Part shown: positions 46,404-57,241 of the stretch, piece by piece
Position numbering within the stretch: position 1 is the stretch's first letter
Layout: each line of letters begins with the position of its first letter
Source of the DNA: Mogibacterium diversum
Lineage (GTDB): Bacteria; Bacillota; Clostridia; Peptostreptococcales; Anaerovoracaceae
NCBI RefSeq assembly: GCF_938028775.1
Contig: NZ_CALIZG010000024.1
Location: forward strand, 129,672-193,671
DNA: 64,000 bases
Direction of reading: 5' to 3'
Translations under genes and position numbers: made by a program
The notes under the pieces: model-generated
What the model was told of the DNA's origin: nothing
Databases searched by the model: none
Seen by the model: the letters and a program-made list of their open reading frames with translations, nothing else

Positions 46404-47332
46404 TAATTCAGACCTCCTTCGATACCCAAAAGCATGAGAATTAACGCCATTCTCGCGTATCTTCCGTTCTTAACCTGATCAAAGTATTTAGCTCTAGGAT
46501 CCTTATCTACCTCTACGGAAATTTCATTAACCCTTGGCAGTGGGTGCATGATTACTAAATCATCCTTAGCATATTCTAGCTTTTGTTCATCTAATATGTA
46601 AGTATCCTTGAGTCTAACGTAATCCTCTTCATTAAAGAATCTCTCCTTCTGCACTCTAGTCATATAGAGTACGTCTAGTTCAGGGAGCGCCTCTTCTAGG
46701 GATGTCGTCTCAACCCACTTAATGCCGGCATCATCCATGGCATCTTTATTATACGAAGGGAGCTTTAGTTCGTCAGGAGATATGAGCACAATCTCAATCC
46801 CCTTATATCGCAAAAGCGCCAAGATGAGCGAGTGCACTGTTCTACCGAATTTAAGGTCACCACAAAATCCCACCTTTAAATCTGCTAAACGCCCTTTGTT
46901 ACGAAGTATCGTGAGTAGATCAGTTAGTGTCTGAGATGGATGTAAATGACCACCATCACCTGCGTTGATAACTGGTACGTCGCATGAGTTAGCAGCTACA
47001 AGTGCTGCTCCTTCCTTAGGATGCCTCATAGCGATTATATCGGCAAAGCATTCCATAACTCTCGTCGTATCGCTTACCGTCTCCCCTTTAGAGGCTGACG
47101 ATGAGTTAGCATCAGAGAACCCAACCACATTACCTCCAAGTCCATACATTGCAGATTCGAAGCTGAGCCTCGTACGTGTACTTGGTTCATAGAACAATGT
47201 CGCCAGGGTCTTATGAGCGCACTTATCCTGGTATTTTTCAGGTGATTCAATTATATCGCTTGCAAGCGCTAACAGACGGTCTAGCTCATCTAGGTCGAGA
47301 TCTGTAATGTTAATTAAATCTCTCTTAGCCAT
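46403..47332 (-). CDS. pyrB: Aspartate carbamoyltransferase catalytic subunit
   Basis: 309 aa with the STRTR motif ([12 protein letters not shown]) and the HPLP motif. Confidence 0.9.
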   Translation of the reverse strand: MAKRDLINITDLDLDELDRLLALASDIIESPEKYQDKCAHKTLATLFYEPSTRTRLSFESAMYGLGGNVVGFSDANSSSASKGETVSDTTRVMECFADIIAMRHPKEGAALVAANSCDVPVINAGDGGHLHPSQTLTDLLTILRNKGRLADLKVGFCGDLKFGRTVHSLILALLRYKGIEIVLISPDELKLPSYNKDAMDDAGIKWVETTSLEEALPELDVLYMTRVQKERFFNEEDYVRLKDTYILDEQKLEYAKDDLVIMHPLPRVNEISVEVDKDPRAKYFDQVKNGRYARMALILMLLGIEGGLN

Positions 47333-47940
47333 TCAATTATTCCCTTTCCTTCTTCACTTGTTACGTAATTTTCAGCAACAGCAGTATCTATGAGTTCACT
47401 TATTGTGCATAGACTTAATTTTTCGACATTTGCATCTTGGAAATTCTTATCAGCCTTCGCAGTTTCATATGTAAAGATACTAATAACCGCGAGCACTTCT
47501 GCCCCCGCCTCACGAAGCGCTTCAACTACCTCGATCGATGATCCACCCGTAGAGATGAGATCTTCTACAACTACTACCTTATCTCCTTTTTCAAGCTTTC
47601 CCTCAATTCTATTGTTTCTGCCATGTGATTTGGAGCTTCCCCTTACATACCCCATAGGCTTCCCTAGTATGTGGGCGGAAATGGCTGCATGAGCAATTCC
47701 GGCTGTGCTCGTACCCATTACTACATCACACTCAGGAAATTTCTCATCGATTACTCTAGCCATCTCGTGCTCGATAACATCTCTCACCTTAGGTGCAGTG
47801 AGTGTAAGTCTATTATCACAGTAAATAGGGCTCTTGATACCGCTTGCCCATGTAAAAGGATCATTTGGGCTTAGGAATACCGCTTTTATGCCGAGTAATC
47901 CCTCTGCAATCTGCTTTGATTTGCTCGCTAAATTAATCAT
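47314..47940 (-). CDS. pyrE: Orotate phosphoribosyltransferase
   Basis: PRPP-binding motif [13 protein letters not shown]. The likely start is MINLASK; the ORF-track start is at 47985. Confidence 0.85.
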   Translation of the reverse strand: MINLASKSKQIAEGLLGIKAVFLSPNDPFTWASGIKSPIYCDNRLTLTAPKVRDVIEHEMARVIDEKFPECDVVMGTSTAGIAHAAISAHILGKPMGYVRGSSKSHGRNNRIEGKLEKGDKVVVVEDLISTGGSSIEVVEALREAGAEVLAVISIFTYETAKADKNFQDANVEKLSLCTISELIDTAVAENYVTSEEGKGIIEWLREI

Positions 47941-48640
47941 TGTTAATCTCCTCCATACAAGTTTTATATGCTTTAACAGGATCATCTGCTTTCGTTATGC
48001 TCCTGCCAATTACAAGATAATTTGATCCCATTTCCTTTGCTCGCCCAGGGGTTGCAACCCTACTCTGATCACCCTTCGCGTCTCCAAGGAGTCTGATTCC
48101 AGGCGTTACTGTAAGAAATTCCTTCGAAGTCCCCTCATGTATTTCTTCCGACTCCCAAGCCGAGCATACTACTCCGTCTAGCCCTGCCGCTTGTGCATTC
48201 CTCGCATATGCCAGCACTATATCCTTGAGGTTGCCATCAATCCTGAGTTCTCTATTCATAGTCTCCTGATCTGTAGATGTAAGCTGAGTAACCGCTATAA
48301 TCTCAGGCCTAATGCCCCCAGATGAGCCTTCTTCGAGGCCCTCTACAGCTGCCTTCATCATCTTGATTCCACCAGCTGCGTGGACGTTAACCATGTCAGC
48401 CCCTACAGAGGCGAGGACTTTCATAGCACTCTTAACTGTATTTGGTATATCGTGCAGTTTAAGATCTAAGAAAACCCTATGTCCTCTAGCTTTAATCTCT
48501 TTTACAATTGAGGGACCTTCGCCATAGAAGAGTTCCATACCAACCTTTACATATAGTTTCTCATTTTCAAATTTATCGAGAAATGAAAGTGCTTTCTCTC
48601 CACTTGGAAAATCTAATGCTATTATTATCTCTGGTTTCAT
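47933..48640 (-). CDS. pyrF: Orotidine-5'-phosphate decarboxylase
   Basis: 235 aa with IIIALDF…DLKLHDIPNT. Confidence 0.85.
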   Translation of the reverse strand: MKPEIIIALDFPSGEKALSFLDKFENEKLYVKVGMELFYGEGPSIVKEIKARGHRVFLDLKLHDIPNTVKSAMKVLASVGADMVNVHAAGGIKMMKAAVEGLEEGSSGGIRPEIIAVTQLTSTDQETMNRELRIDGNLKDIVLAYARNAQAAGLDGVVCSAWESEEIHEGTSKEFLTVTPGIRLLGDAKGDQSRVATPGRAKEMGSNYLVIGRSITKADDPVKAYKTCMEEINND

Positions 48641-49555
48641 CTATATTACTCCTCTAATTTCATCCAAATTCTTGATTCCGAGCTCTTCCATCCTAGGCTG
48701 TAGCTCACTGATTATGCGTGGCATTGTCCATGGATCGATAAGGTTTGCAGAACCAATCTCTATCGCTGTTGCTCCAGCCATTATCATCTCTAGCACGTCA
48801 TCAACACTCTGAATACCGCCAATGCCAATGATTGGAAGCTTTACTGCATGAAATACCTCATTTACCATGCGTTGGGCAATCGGTCTAATAGCTGGTCCAG
48901 ATAGACCCGCATATTTCATCGCGGTAACAGTTGTTCTCGTTCTGAGGTCGATTCGCATAGCTTTGAAATTGTTGATCAAGCTGATTCCATCTGCACCTCC
49001 TGCTTCAGAGGCCTTTGCAATCTCTGAAATATCGGTTACATTTGGAGTAAGCTTCATAAATATCGGCAGTTTCGTAACATCTCTGACGGCTCTAGTTATT
49101 CTCTCAGCCATACTTGGAGCAGCTCCAAATGCCGATCCGCCATGCTCCACATTAGGGCAGCTAATATTCACCTCAAGTATATCGGCATAACCCGACGCAT
49201 CAAGCTTTGACGCTACCTCAGCAAACTCAGAAATGCTAAATCCGCTGATATTTACAATCAGTGGACCTTGATAGATCTCTTTTAACGCAGGTAAATCCTC
49301 ATCGATTACACGATCTATTCCAGGGTTCTGTAACCCTATAGAGTTAAGCATGCCACTCGTACATTCAGCGATTCTAGGAAGATTATTTCCATACCTCAGT
49401 TCAGCAGTTGCACTCTTCGTCACAACAGCACCTAAGACATTTAAATCGAATAACTCTCTATACTCCTGCCCGTAGCCAAATGTCCCACTTGCTGGCATAA
49501 CCGGATTCTTGAGTTCAATTCCCGCCAGATTAACCTTGGTTAAAGGCTTTCCCAT
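48641..49555 (-). CDS. pyrD: Dihydroorotate dehydrogenase 1B catalytic subunit
   Basis: 304 aa with N-terminal PVMPASGTFGYG in an FMN TIM barrel. Confidence 0.85.
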   Translation of the reverse strand: MGKPLTKVNLAGIELKNPVMPASGTFGYGQEYRELFDLNVLGAVVTKSATAELRYGNNLPRIAECTSGMLNSIGLQNPGIDRVIDEDLPALKEIYQGPLIVNISGFSISEFAEVASKLDASGYADILEVNISCPNVEHGGSAFGAAPSMAERITRAVRDVTKLPIFMKLTPNVTDISEIAKASEAGGADGISLINNFKAMRIDLRTRTTVTAMKYAGLSGPAIRPIAQRMVNEVFHAVKLPIIGIGGIQSVDDVLEMIMAGATAIEIGSANLIDPWTMPRIISELQPRMEELGIKNLDEIRGVI

Positions 49556-50271
49556 CTTAGCACCTCCTTATCAAAAACCGGTCCTTCCTTACAGACTCTC
49601 TGACTTCCATCTACCGTTCTTATGGAGCATCCCATACATGCTCCAAATCCGCATCCCATGCGAGCTTCGAGGCTGAACTGCCCGCGCTCCACCTTATGAT
49701 CTAGAGCACGAAGCATCGGCAGAGGACCGCAAGCACATGCATATTCACACTTGTCAAAAGCATCTGTCACAAATCCCTTCTGTCCATATGAGCCATCAGC
49801 AGTCATAACCGTTATATCATCTGAAAAATGTTCAAAGTCTTCGAGCATAAACATCTCATCTGCAGAATTATAGCCTAGCACCATCTTACAGGATTTTCCC
49901 GCCATAACCATCGCTTTAAGTAATCCAAGCATCGGCGGAATTCCGATTCCACCACCGATTAAATATGCACCATCTGGGATTTTATCGAGATCGTAACCAT
50001 TTCCTAGACCTGTAATTCCCTTTACATAGTCTCCAGGCTCCATCCTGCTCATGATATCTGTCCCTTCACCAACGACTTTGTAGATTAGAGTGTATCTGCT
50101 GCTATCGTAGCTGCTAACCGAAATTGGTCTCCTCAGAAATTTGTCTGGAACTTCAACCATCGCAAACTGACCTGGTCTTGTAAATTCAGACTTCGGTGTC
50201 TCGAGAGTCATCCGGTAAATGCCTTCAGCGAGTTTTTTATTCTCAAGTATTTCGCTTCTTAGGTCCCTCAT
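49540..50271 (-). CDS. pyrK: Dihydroorotate dehydrogenase electron-transfer subunit
   Basis: 243 aa in the FAD/NAD fold with a C-terminal 2Fe-2S Cys cluster (CGFGACMGC). Confidence 0.8.
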   Translation of the reverse strand: MRDLRSEILENKKLAEGIYRMTLETPKSEFTRPGQFAMVEVPDKFLRRPISVSSYDSSRYTLIYKVVGEGTDIMSRMEPGDYVKGITGLGNGYDLDKIPDGAYLIGGGIGIPPMLGLLKAMVMAGKSCKMVLGYNSADEMFMLEDFEHFSDDITVMTADGSYGQKGFVTDAFDKCEYACACGPLPMLRALDHKVERGQFSLEARMGCGFGACMGCSIRTVDGSQRVCKEGPVFDKEVLRWESL

Positions 50272-50272
50272 A

Positions 50273-51511
50273 TTATTTCTCCAAATTCTCGTAAACTATC
50301 TTACCATTCATAACTGTGAGCTCCACTAGTCCGTTAAGCATGTGCCCATCAAAAGGAGTGCACTTTCCTAATGAGAGGAATTTTGATGCATCTAGCTTGT
50401 AATCTTTATCTAAATTAACCACAGTAAATCCATTTTGCTCAAGACCAAATCTCTCCCTTGGTGTTACTGACATCAGTTTAACTAAGTGCTCAAGTGATAT
50501 GATACCGGTCTTAACCAGATACGTGTAAAGAGCCGAAAAAGCACACTCAAGCCCAGTGATTCCGTTTGGACTCTTCAGAAAGCCCCTACTCTTCTCCTCA
50601 GCACTATGAGGTGCGTGGTCTGTTGCTATCATATCTACAGTGCCATCTAGAATTCCCTCTATAAGAGCATTCTTATCAGCTATATCCTTAATCGGAGGAT
50701 TCATCTTGAACCTGCCACCAAGCTCTGGCCATCTGTTAATAAATGCATTTAAATAATCCGTATCAAACACGAGGTAATGAGGTGCCGTTTCACATGTGAC
50801 GTCTACACCGCTCTTCTTGGCATCTCTAATCACTTCAACGCTCTCTTTGCAGGAGATGTGGCATACATGGTATCCAGCACCAGTCTCATCTGCGAGTTTT
50901 AGATCTCTCTCTATCTGTTTCCATTCACTCTCTCTGACCTTGCCTTCCCTTAGCAGTGATTCATCTTCGCAATGAGCTACGATGAGTTTGCCAAGTTCTT
51001 TAGCCTGATACATTGCGTCGCGCATCAGCCCGTCTGCCTGCACACCTCGTCCATCATCAGAAAATGCACACACATGTGGCGCAAGAGCCTTCATATCTGA
51101 GAGCTCTCCTCTACCATTCTGTGACATAGTGATAGTTCCATAAGGAATCACCTCTATATCAGCATCCTTTTTGATCAAATCAAGCTGCACATTAAGTGCA
51201 TCAAGTGTAGATGGTGCTGGCTTCAAATTAGGCATAGTGCAAACAGTCGTATATCCTCCGTGTGCTGCAGCTTTACTTCCAGCACTAATTGTCTCTTTAT
51301 ATGACTGACCTGGTTCGCGAAAATGAACATGCACATCACAGAATGACGGCAAAATAAAAGAGTTATCAGCATCGATAACTCTTTCAAAATCAAAATCACT
51401 ACCGGTTTCGGATTCTAGACCGGCCTTCTCACGAGCATCAACTACAAACAATTCATTAGGTAAAAACTCTCCAGATTTGTAAATCTTTCCGCCTTTGATT
51501 GCAGTAGTCAT
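50273..51511 (-). CDS. pyrC: Dihydroorotase
   Basis: 412 aa with DVHVHFREPG in the amidohydrolase fold. It is the first gene of the pyr operon. Confidence 0.85.
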   Translation of the reverse strand: MTTAIKGGKIYKSGEFLPNELFVVDAREKAGLESETGSDFDFERVIDADNSFILPSFCDVHVHFREPGQSYKETISAGSKAAAHGGYTTVCTMPNLKPAPSTLDALNVQLDLIKKDADIEVIPYGTITMSQNGRGELSDMKALAPHVCAFSDDGRGVQADGLMRDAMYQAKELGKLIVAHCEDESLLREGKVRESEWKQIERDLKLADETGAGYHVCHISCKESVEVIRDAKKSGVDVTCETAPHYLVFDTDYLNAFINRWPELGGRFKMNPPIKDIADKNALIEGILDGTVDMIATDHAPHSAEEKSRGFLKSPNGITGLECAFSALYTYLVKTGIISLEHLVKLMSVTPRERFGLEQNGFTVVNLDKDYKLDASKFLSLGKCTPFDGHMLNGLVELTVMNGKIVYENLEK

Positions 51512-51658
51512 AGTCCCTCCAATTATATTAAACTCCCTAATAACTCTCGTTAATTACTATATGAAAGTATAACATTTTTGAAACGCACTATGTGAGAGGA
51601 ATGTTAAAATCCGCCGCAAAATTTTGTTATTAATATTGATAATTTTCTTATAGAAGAA

Positions 51659-52078
51659 TTACTCTTCTTCCGATGGTTCAAAGTCCTTAATCTCCGGTGG
51701 AAGCTCAAGTCCATTTTTCTCATAATAATCTACAAGTGCAGCCTTGATAGCCTCTTCAGCTAGTACTGAACAGTGTATCTTCCTTGATGGTAGACCATCA
51801 AGAGCTTCAACCACTGCCTTGTTAGATAGTTCAAGAGCTTCTTTGATGCTCTTGCCCTTGATAAGCTCAGTAGCCATTGAGCTAGATGCGATCGCTGACC
51901 CACATCCAAAGGTCTTGAATTTTACGTCTGTAATGATATCATTATCAATCTTTAGGTAAATTCTCATGATATCGCCACATGTTGGGTTTCCTACTTCACC
52001 AACTCCATCGGCATTTTCAATCTCGCCTACATTTCTTGGATGCTCAAAATGATCCATTACTTTTTCACTATATAACAT
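51659..52078 (-). CDS. nifU: Fe-S cluster assembly scaffold (IscU/NifU N-terminal type)
   Basis: 139 aa with three conserved Cys (CGD…FGCGSAIA…) and an N-terminal hydrophobic segment. Confidence 0.85.
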   Translation of the reverse strand: MLYSEKVMDHFEHPRNVGEIENADGVGEVGNPTCGDIMRIYLKIDNDIITDVKFKTFGCGSAIASSSMATELIKGKSIKEALELSNKAVVEALDGLPSRKIHCSVLAEEAIKAALVDYYEKNGLELPPEIKDFEPSEEE

Positions 52079-53258
52079 GTTCTCTCTCCCCCTTCTCTAG
52101 TTCATCCCAGAATGGTGATATTTTTCTATAGTGTTCAACAACTTGATGAACCTTTTCTATGATGTAGTCTACTTGCTCCTCTGTATTTTCCTCATTGAGA
52201 CTGAATCTAAGTGATCCGTGTGCTGCCTCAATAGGAACACCCATACCTATTAGAACGTGGCTTGGGTCGAGGGATTCACTTGTGCAAGCTGATCCAGATG
52301 AGCATTCGATGCCATACATATCAAGAGCCAATAGCAGCGACTCGCCCTCAACTCCTTCGAACGAGTAATTTACGTTACCAGGGAGTCGCTTTACAGGGTC
52401 TCCATTGAGCTGCGAATAAGGAATATCCGACAACCCTTTGATAAGTCTATCTCTAAGGGCAATTGTCTTTGCATTATTCTCTTCCATGTGCTCAATTCCA
52501 TCTTCAAGGGCAGCAGCAAGGGCAGCAATGCCTGGAACGTTAATCGTACCAGCTCTCTTACCTCTCTCCTGAGCTCCACCTTCAATTACGTTTATTAATC
52601 TGATACCATTTCTAGCATATAGAACTCCAACGCCCTTAGGTCCGTGGAATTTATGAGCTGATAATGATAGCATATCTATGTTCATCGCCTGAACATCTAT
52701 AGGTAGGTGTGCTGCAGCCTGAACGGCATCTGTGTGGAAGAGCACGCCCTTTTCGTGACACAGCTTTCCAATCTCAGCAATTGGCTGGACAGCTCCCATC
52801 TCGTTGTTAGCAAACATAATCGATACGAGTGCCGTATCCTCTCTGATTGCGTCCTCAACATCCTTAACGTCTACAATTCCATTTGGCTGTGGTTTTAGCA
52901 GCGTAACCTCGAAGCCCTCTTTTTCTAGCTTGCGAAGTGTATGAAGAATTGCATGATGCTCTATATTAAGAGAAATCAGATGCTTCTTACCCTTCTTAAC
53001 TAGCCCTCTAGCTGCAGAAATTAAAGCCTGGTTATCTGCTTCACTTCCACCTGAAGTAAAGTAAATCTCATTAGGCTTTGCAGCATTAAGCGCCTTAGCT
53101 ACTTTCTCTCTGGACTCATCCAGCTTCTCTTTAGCAATCTGTCCATCCGTATGAAGACTGTTAGGGTTGCCGTTATAATTCTTAAGGCAATCTAGCAGCG
53201 TATTGAGTGCGACATCGCTCAAATAAGTTGTTGCCGCATTATCTGCATATACTCTCAT
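52068..53258 (-). CDS. nifS: Cysteine desulfurase
   Basis: 396 aa, PLP class V (SAHKFHGPKGVG; active-site SSGSACTS). Confidence 0.85.
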   Translation of the reverse strand: MRVYADNAATTYLSDVALNTLLDCLKNYNGNPNSLHTDGQIAKEKLDESREKVAKALNAAKPNEIYFTSGGSEADNQALISAARGLVKKGKKHLISLNIEHHAILHTLRKLEKEGFEVTLLKPQPNGIVDVKDVEDAIREDTALVSIMFANNEMGAVQPIAEIGKLCHEKGVLFHTDAVQAAAHLPIDVQAMNIDMLSLSAHKFHGPKGVGVLYARNGIRLINVIEGGAQERGKRAGTINVPGIAALAAALEDGIEHMEENNAKTIALRDRLIKGLSDIPYSQLNGDPVKRLPGNVNYSFEGVEGESLLLALDMYGIECSSGSACTSESLDPSHVLIGMGVPIEAAHGSLRFSLNEENTEEQVDYIIEKVHQVVEHYRKISPFWDELEKGEREHVI

Positions 53259-53363
53259 GTATACCTCCCTACCAATAATTTAGTCATCTTAGTGCAGTTG
53301 TATTATAGTCCTTTAATCCCTACCTGGTCAATAGGAATTACTCTTGGATATAACTTAAAACAA

Positions 53364-53807
53364 TTATCTTGATGTGTCTTGATCTTGTATGAGCTTATCG
53401 ACATTACCAGTCATTAGATCTTGTAGCGTTATGTTATCAAGATACTCATCGATAACCTTGTCAAGGCCAATCCACAGTGGAAGTGTCACGCATGAATGCG
53501 CTCTACCGCAGCTAACCTCACCAGACTTTATACAATCTACTGGGGCAAGACTACCTTCCGTAATTCGAAGGATTTCACCGATATTGTAATCTTCAGGTGA
53601 TTTAATCAATCTGTAGCCACCGTTCTTACCTCGAAGGCTCCTCAGCATACCACCTTTGTTAAGCATCGATACGACATTCTCGAGATACTTCATCGATAGT
53701 TTCTGCCTATCTGATATATCTGCTAGAGATACGTAACCTCCATCATCGTGGTTAGCAAGATCAATCATGACCATCAGAGCGTAACGACCTTTTGTTGAAA
53801 CAATCAT
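53364..53807 (-). CDS. Rrf2-family transcriptional regulator (IscR/CymR-like)
   Basis: 147 aa with N-terminal STKGRYALMVMIDLA and three Cys in the C-terminal half. Confidence 0.8.
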   Translation of the reverse strand: MIVSTKGRYALMVMIDLANHDDGGYVSLADISDRQKLSMKYLENVVSMLNKGGMLRSLRGKNGGYRLIKSPEDYNIGEILRITEGSLAPVDCIKSGEVSCGRAHSCVTLPLWIGLDKVIDEYLDNITLQDLMTGNVDKLIQDQDTSR

Positions 53808-54025
53808 GGCTCTTCCTTTCTTTGATATCTTGCGTGTTCATTTCTTACAATTGAAGAATAACACATTGCGTACAACCAATCAAGCATTTTCCTATTATTC
53901 ATATAGGAATTTGGTGTATTAAAAAATGAGCAAAATATTTCGCTGGATTTTTTCAACTTTGATTAATTCAACTCGCAATTTTGCTCATTATATTTTACTG
54001 TTTGCATTTATGTCTCAACATCCGT

Positions 54026-55786
54026 TTATAACTGGTACATGCGATACATATTTGCATATATACCGTCCTTCGCCATGAGCTCGTCGTGTGTTCCTTCTTC
54101 CGCAATTCCATCCTGATTTAACACGATGATTCGGTCTGCACTCTTAATTGTAGTTAATCTGTGCGCAATTGTGATAGTTGTTCTTCCTTTCGACAAATCT
54201 GCTAGCGACCGCTGCACCAGCTTCTCGCTTTCATTGTCCAGAGCTGATGTAGCTTCATCGAGAATGAGGATTGGTGGGTTCTTGAGGAATACCCTTGCAA
54301 TGCTAATACGCTGCTTCTGACCACCTGACAGCTTCATACCTCGCTCACCGACACTCGTATTATATCCGTCAGACATCTCTCTTATGAATTCGTCAGCTCC
54401 GGCGAGTTTTGCGGCCTGTTCAATCTCTTCCATTGTCGCTCCCGGTTTTCCATAAGCTATATTACCTGCAATAGTATCAGAGAATAGATATACATCCTGC
54501 TGAACCATTCCTATATGCGATCTGAGTGACTTACATGTCAGCTGCCTAATATCGTAACCATCTACTTTGATGCTTCCCTCCGAAACCTCATAAAATCTTG
54601 GAATAAGGTTGCAAAATGTCGTCTTTCCTGCTCCTGATGGCCCTACCAAAGCGAGGTTTTCTCCAGGTTTAATACTCAGGTTGATCTTATTGAGTATTTC
54701 CTCGCTGTCACTATATCTAAATGTAACATCGTTGAATTCAATTGCACCTTTGATATCCTCTAAATCGATGGCATCAGGGGCATCATCGATTTCTATAGGC
54801 TCATCCATAACTTCGATAAATCTCTCAATCCCTGTCATTCCACGCTGAAACTGCTCAGTGAACTCTACAATTCTTCGAACTGCTTCTAGTAGCACCCCTA
54901 TATACATCATAAATGCTACGAAGTCACCTGTGGTAATCCTTCCGTTCTTAAGTTCAAATGATCCAACAAGGATTACGACTATATACATTAAGCCATCGAA
55001 GGTACGTGTAACACTGCGGAACCCTGCCATCGCCTTATACCCTATGGCCTTTACACCCAGGAATCTCGAATTATCTACATCGAATCTAGCCTGCTCAAAT
55101 TCTTCATTTGCAAATGATTTTGAAACCTTTATCCCGAGAAGGCTATCTTCCACATGTGAATTGATTTCTCCGAGACCACTTCGCTGCATCTTGAAAGCAC
55201 GTCTCATCTTTTTCCTAAAAGTATATGTTGCAGCAATCATGATAGGAATAATTGCGAACATAAGCACAGTTAGCAGAACATCTATTCTCACCAAGAGTAC
55301 AAAACCCAGAATGATCTTTATCGATGCTATCCAGTATTCCTCTGGACAGTGGTGCGCAAACTCTGTTATATCAAATAAATCACTCGTAATTCTAGATATC
55401 AGCTGACCTGTTTTATTTTCACTATAATATGAATAAGATAGGTTCTGACACTTCTCATATAGGTCACGCCTCATGTCAGTTTCTATCTTTGCACCCATCA
55501 CGTGCCCGGTATTTTGCATATAGTAATTTGCCACCACGTCAACCGCTCTTAGGCATAGATAGATTCCTACAATCTTTACTATCAAATCTGCTGTAAAAGC
55601 AGCGATATCAGTAGCTACAACATTGCTTATATATCTGATTAACAGAGGCAGAACTATATCGCTTACCGTAGTAAACGAAGCACAGATTAGATCAAAGATC
55701 AGTATCCCTTTATACGGCTTAAAGTATGGTGCAAACCTGCGAATGAGGTAGCTAGATGACATAACTTTATCCTTAGACTCTCCCAT
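54026..55786 (-). CDS. ABC exporter, fused permease-ATPase (MsbA/multidrug type)
   Basis: 586 aa with six N-terminal TM segments and a C-terminal ABC domain (Walker A GPSGAGKTT, signature LSGGQKQR). Confidence 0.85.
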   Translation of the reverse strand: MGESKDKVMSSSYLIRRFAPYFKPYKGILIFDLICASFTTVSDIVLPLLIRYISNVVATDIAAFTADLIVKIVGIYLCLRAVDVVANYYMQNTGHVMGAKIETDMRRDLYEKCQNLSYSYYSENKTGQLISRITSDLFDITEFAHHCPEEYWIASIKIILGFVLLVRIDVLLTVLMFAIIPIMIAATYTFRKKMRRAFKMQRSGLGEINSHVEDSLLGIKVSKSFANEEFEQARFDVDNSRFLGVKAIGYKAMAGFRSVTRTFDGLMYIVVILVGSFELKNGRITTGDFVAFMMYIGVLLEAVRRIVEFTEQFQRGMTGIERFIEVMDEPIEIDDAPDAIDLEDIKGAIEFNDVTFRYSDSEEILNKINLSIKPGENLALVGPSGAGKTTFCNLIPRFYEVSEGSIKVDGYDIRQLTCKSLRSHIGMVQQDVYLFSDTIAGNIAYGKPGATMEEIEQAAKLAGADEFIREMSDGYNTSVGERGMKLSGGQKQRISIARVFLKNPPILILDEATSALDNESEKLVQRSLADLSKGRTTITIAHRLTTIKSADRIIVLNQDGIAEEGTHDELMAKDGIYANMYRMYQL

Positions 55787-56032
55787 TTTTAAATTCCTTT
55801 CTTAAATAATCTCTATAAATCCCAACGCAAAAACGCAGACAGAAACTACCTGCGTATCTCTTTTATATAAATGTAAATTTATTATATCATATTTTCCCCG
55901 CATTTCTTGCAGTTGATTGCACGCAATTGGCGGTTGAATTTATATAATAATTAATAGTATTATAATCGTTAATACAATGTCATATGATAATTTTAATTGT
56001 ATTTAATAACTATCACTTGCAGGAGGTCCACT

Positions 56033-56932
56033 TTGAACCTATATAATAATCTATCACCACGCAAACAATATCTCGTCCATTATCTTGGCTGGATGCTCGC
56101 TGGAAATGTAATATTTGCATTTGGTGTGAATGTTATCATCACTCCGATGAATCTTTACAATGGTGGATTCACAGGGATGGCACAGCTCCTTAGACTTCTT
56201 TTTGTAAATGTTTTTCATATGCCCGAGATACCAGGTGTTGATATAGTTGGTATTCTCTACTTCTTGCTTAACCTGCCACTTCTTATAATCTCATACAAGG
56301 TGGTTAATAAAGAGTTTTGCATAACATCAGTTATATCAATTACTCTATGTTCTGTCGCACTCGGTGTGATACCAGTTCCTAAAACCCCGATATTTAACGA
56401 CTATCTAACTGCTTGTTTAATAGGCGGAGTCGTTGCCGGTACAGGCGCCGGAATGGTGCTCAGGGCAGGTAGCTCGCAGGGCGGTCAGGATATCATCGGA
56501 GTTATCGTATCGGTACTAAATCCGAATTACAGTGTTGGCAAGATAAGCATCATGATCAACATTGGAATTTATATAATCTGCCTATTCCTATTCAACATAG
56601 AAATTGTTGCTTACTCCTTGATATACACGACTATCCTCGCTATGTCACTAGACAGAGTTCACATTCAGAATATCAATATGCAGGTTATGATATTCACTAA
56701 GAAGCCTGGTGTTGAAGACGTTATAATGAGCGAACTAAGGAGAGGAGTTACAAACTGGAATGGAACCGGCGCATATACAAAGGAAGACTCTAATGTAATA
56801 GTTACTATTATTGCTAAATACGAGATAACAAAACTGCTCATGATTGTTAAGCAAGCTGATCCAGATGCGTTCGTCATTGTAAATGAAGGCGCCCAAATAT
56901 ACGGAAATTTCGAAAAGCGCCTGACTAAATAG
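56033..56932 (+). CDS. YitT-family membrane protein (DUF161 + DUF2179)
   Basis: A TTG start at 56033 preceded by AGGAGG at a 6-nt spacing; the ORF track begins earlier at 55997. Five TM segments plus a C-terminal DUF2179-like soluble domain. Confidence 0.75.
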   Translation: MNLYNNLSPRKQYLVHYLGWMLAGNVIFAFGVNVIITPMNLYNGGFTGMAQLLRLLFVNVFHMPEIPGVDIVGILYFLLNLPLLIISYKVVNKEFCITSVISITLCSVALGVIPVPKTPIFNDYLTACLIGGVVAGTGAGMVLRAGSSQGGQDIIGVIVSVLNPNYSVGKISIMINIGIYIICLFLFNIEIVAYSLIYTTILAMSLDRVHIQNINMQVMIFTKKPGVEDVIMSELRRGVTNWNGTGAYTKEDSNVIVTIIAKYEITKLLMIVKQADPDAFVIVNEGAQIYGNFEKRLTK

Positions 56933-56986
56933 CATTTATGCACTGTTACTAAGCAAGTTTTAAATAGTCACGGTAATATAGAAAAC

Positions 56987-57241
56987 CTAAAATCGGAGTG
57001 TGAATAATTCACACTCCGATACAGCCATTAACACTGTGAGAGATAGTGCATAGAACATGATATTGTAGTCTATATTAAGCGTAGTCTGTATAAGTCTAGC
57101 AATTCCTGAAATTCCGCCATAGGTTAACCCATTCGGAATCATTACTGCGACAATTCCGAAAGCTCCGATAGCACATGAAGAAATCACTATAACAATATCG
57201 AGCATCACCCTATTAATATTGGTTTTCTGAGCCTTTTTCAC
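56987..57241 (-). pseudogene. Truncated N-terminal remnant of a second YitT-family gene
   Basis: 84 aa matching only the first two TM helices of YitT proteins (LTYGGISGIARLIQ). It ends 54 nt before the convergent intact yitT, and its start overlaps the methyltransferase stop (ATGA). Confidence 0.5.

Noticed and set aside
54609-55406. Plus-strand ORFs of 79 and 182 aa
   Set aside because: Antisense to the ABC exporter gene. Low-complexity products.
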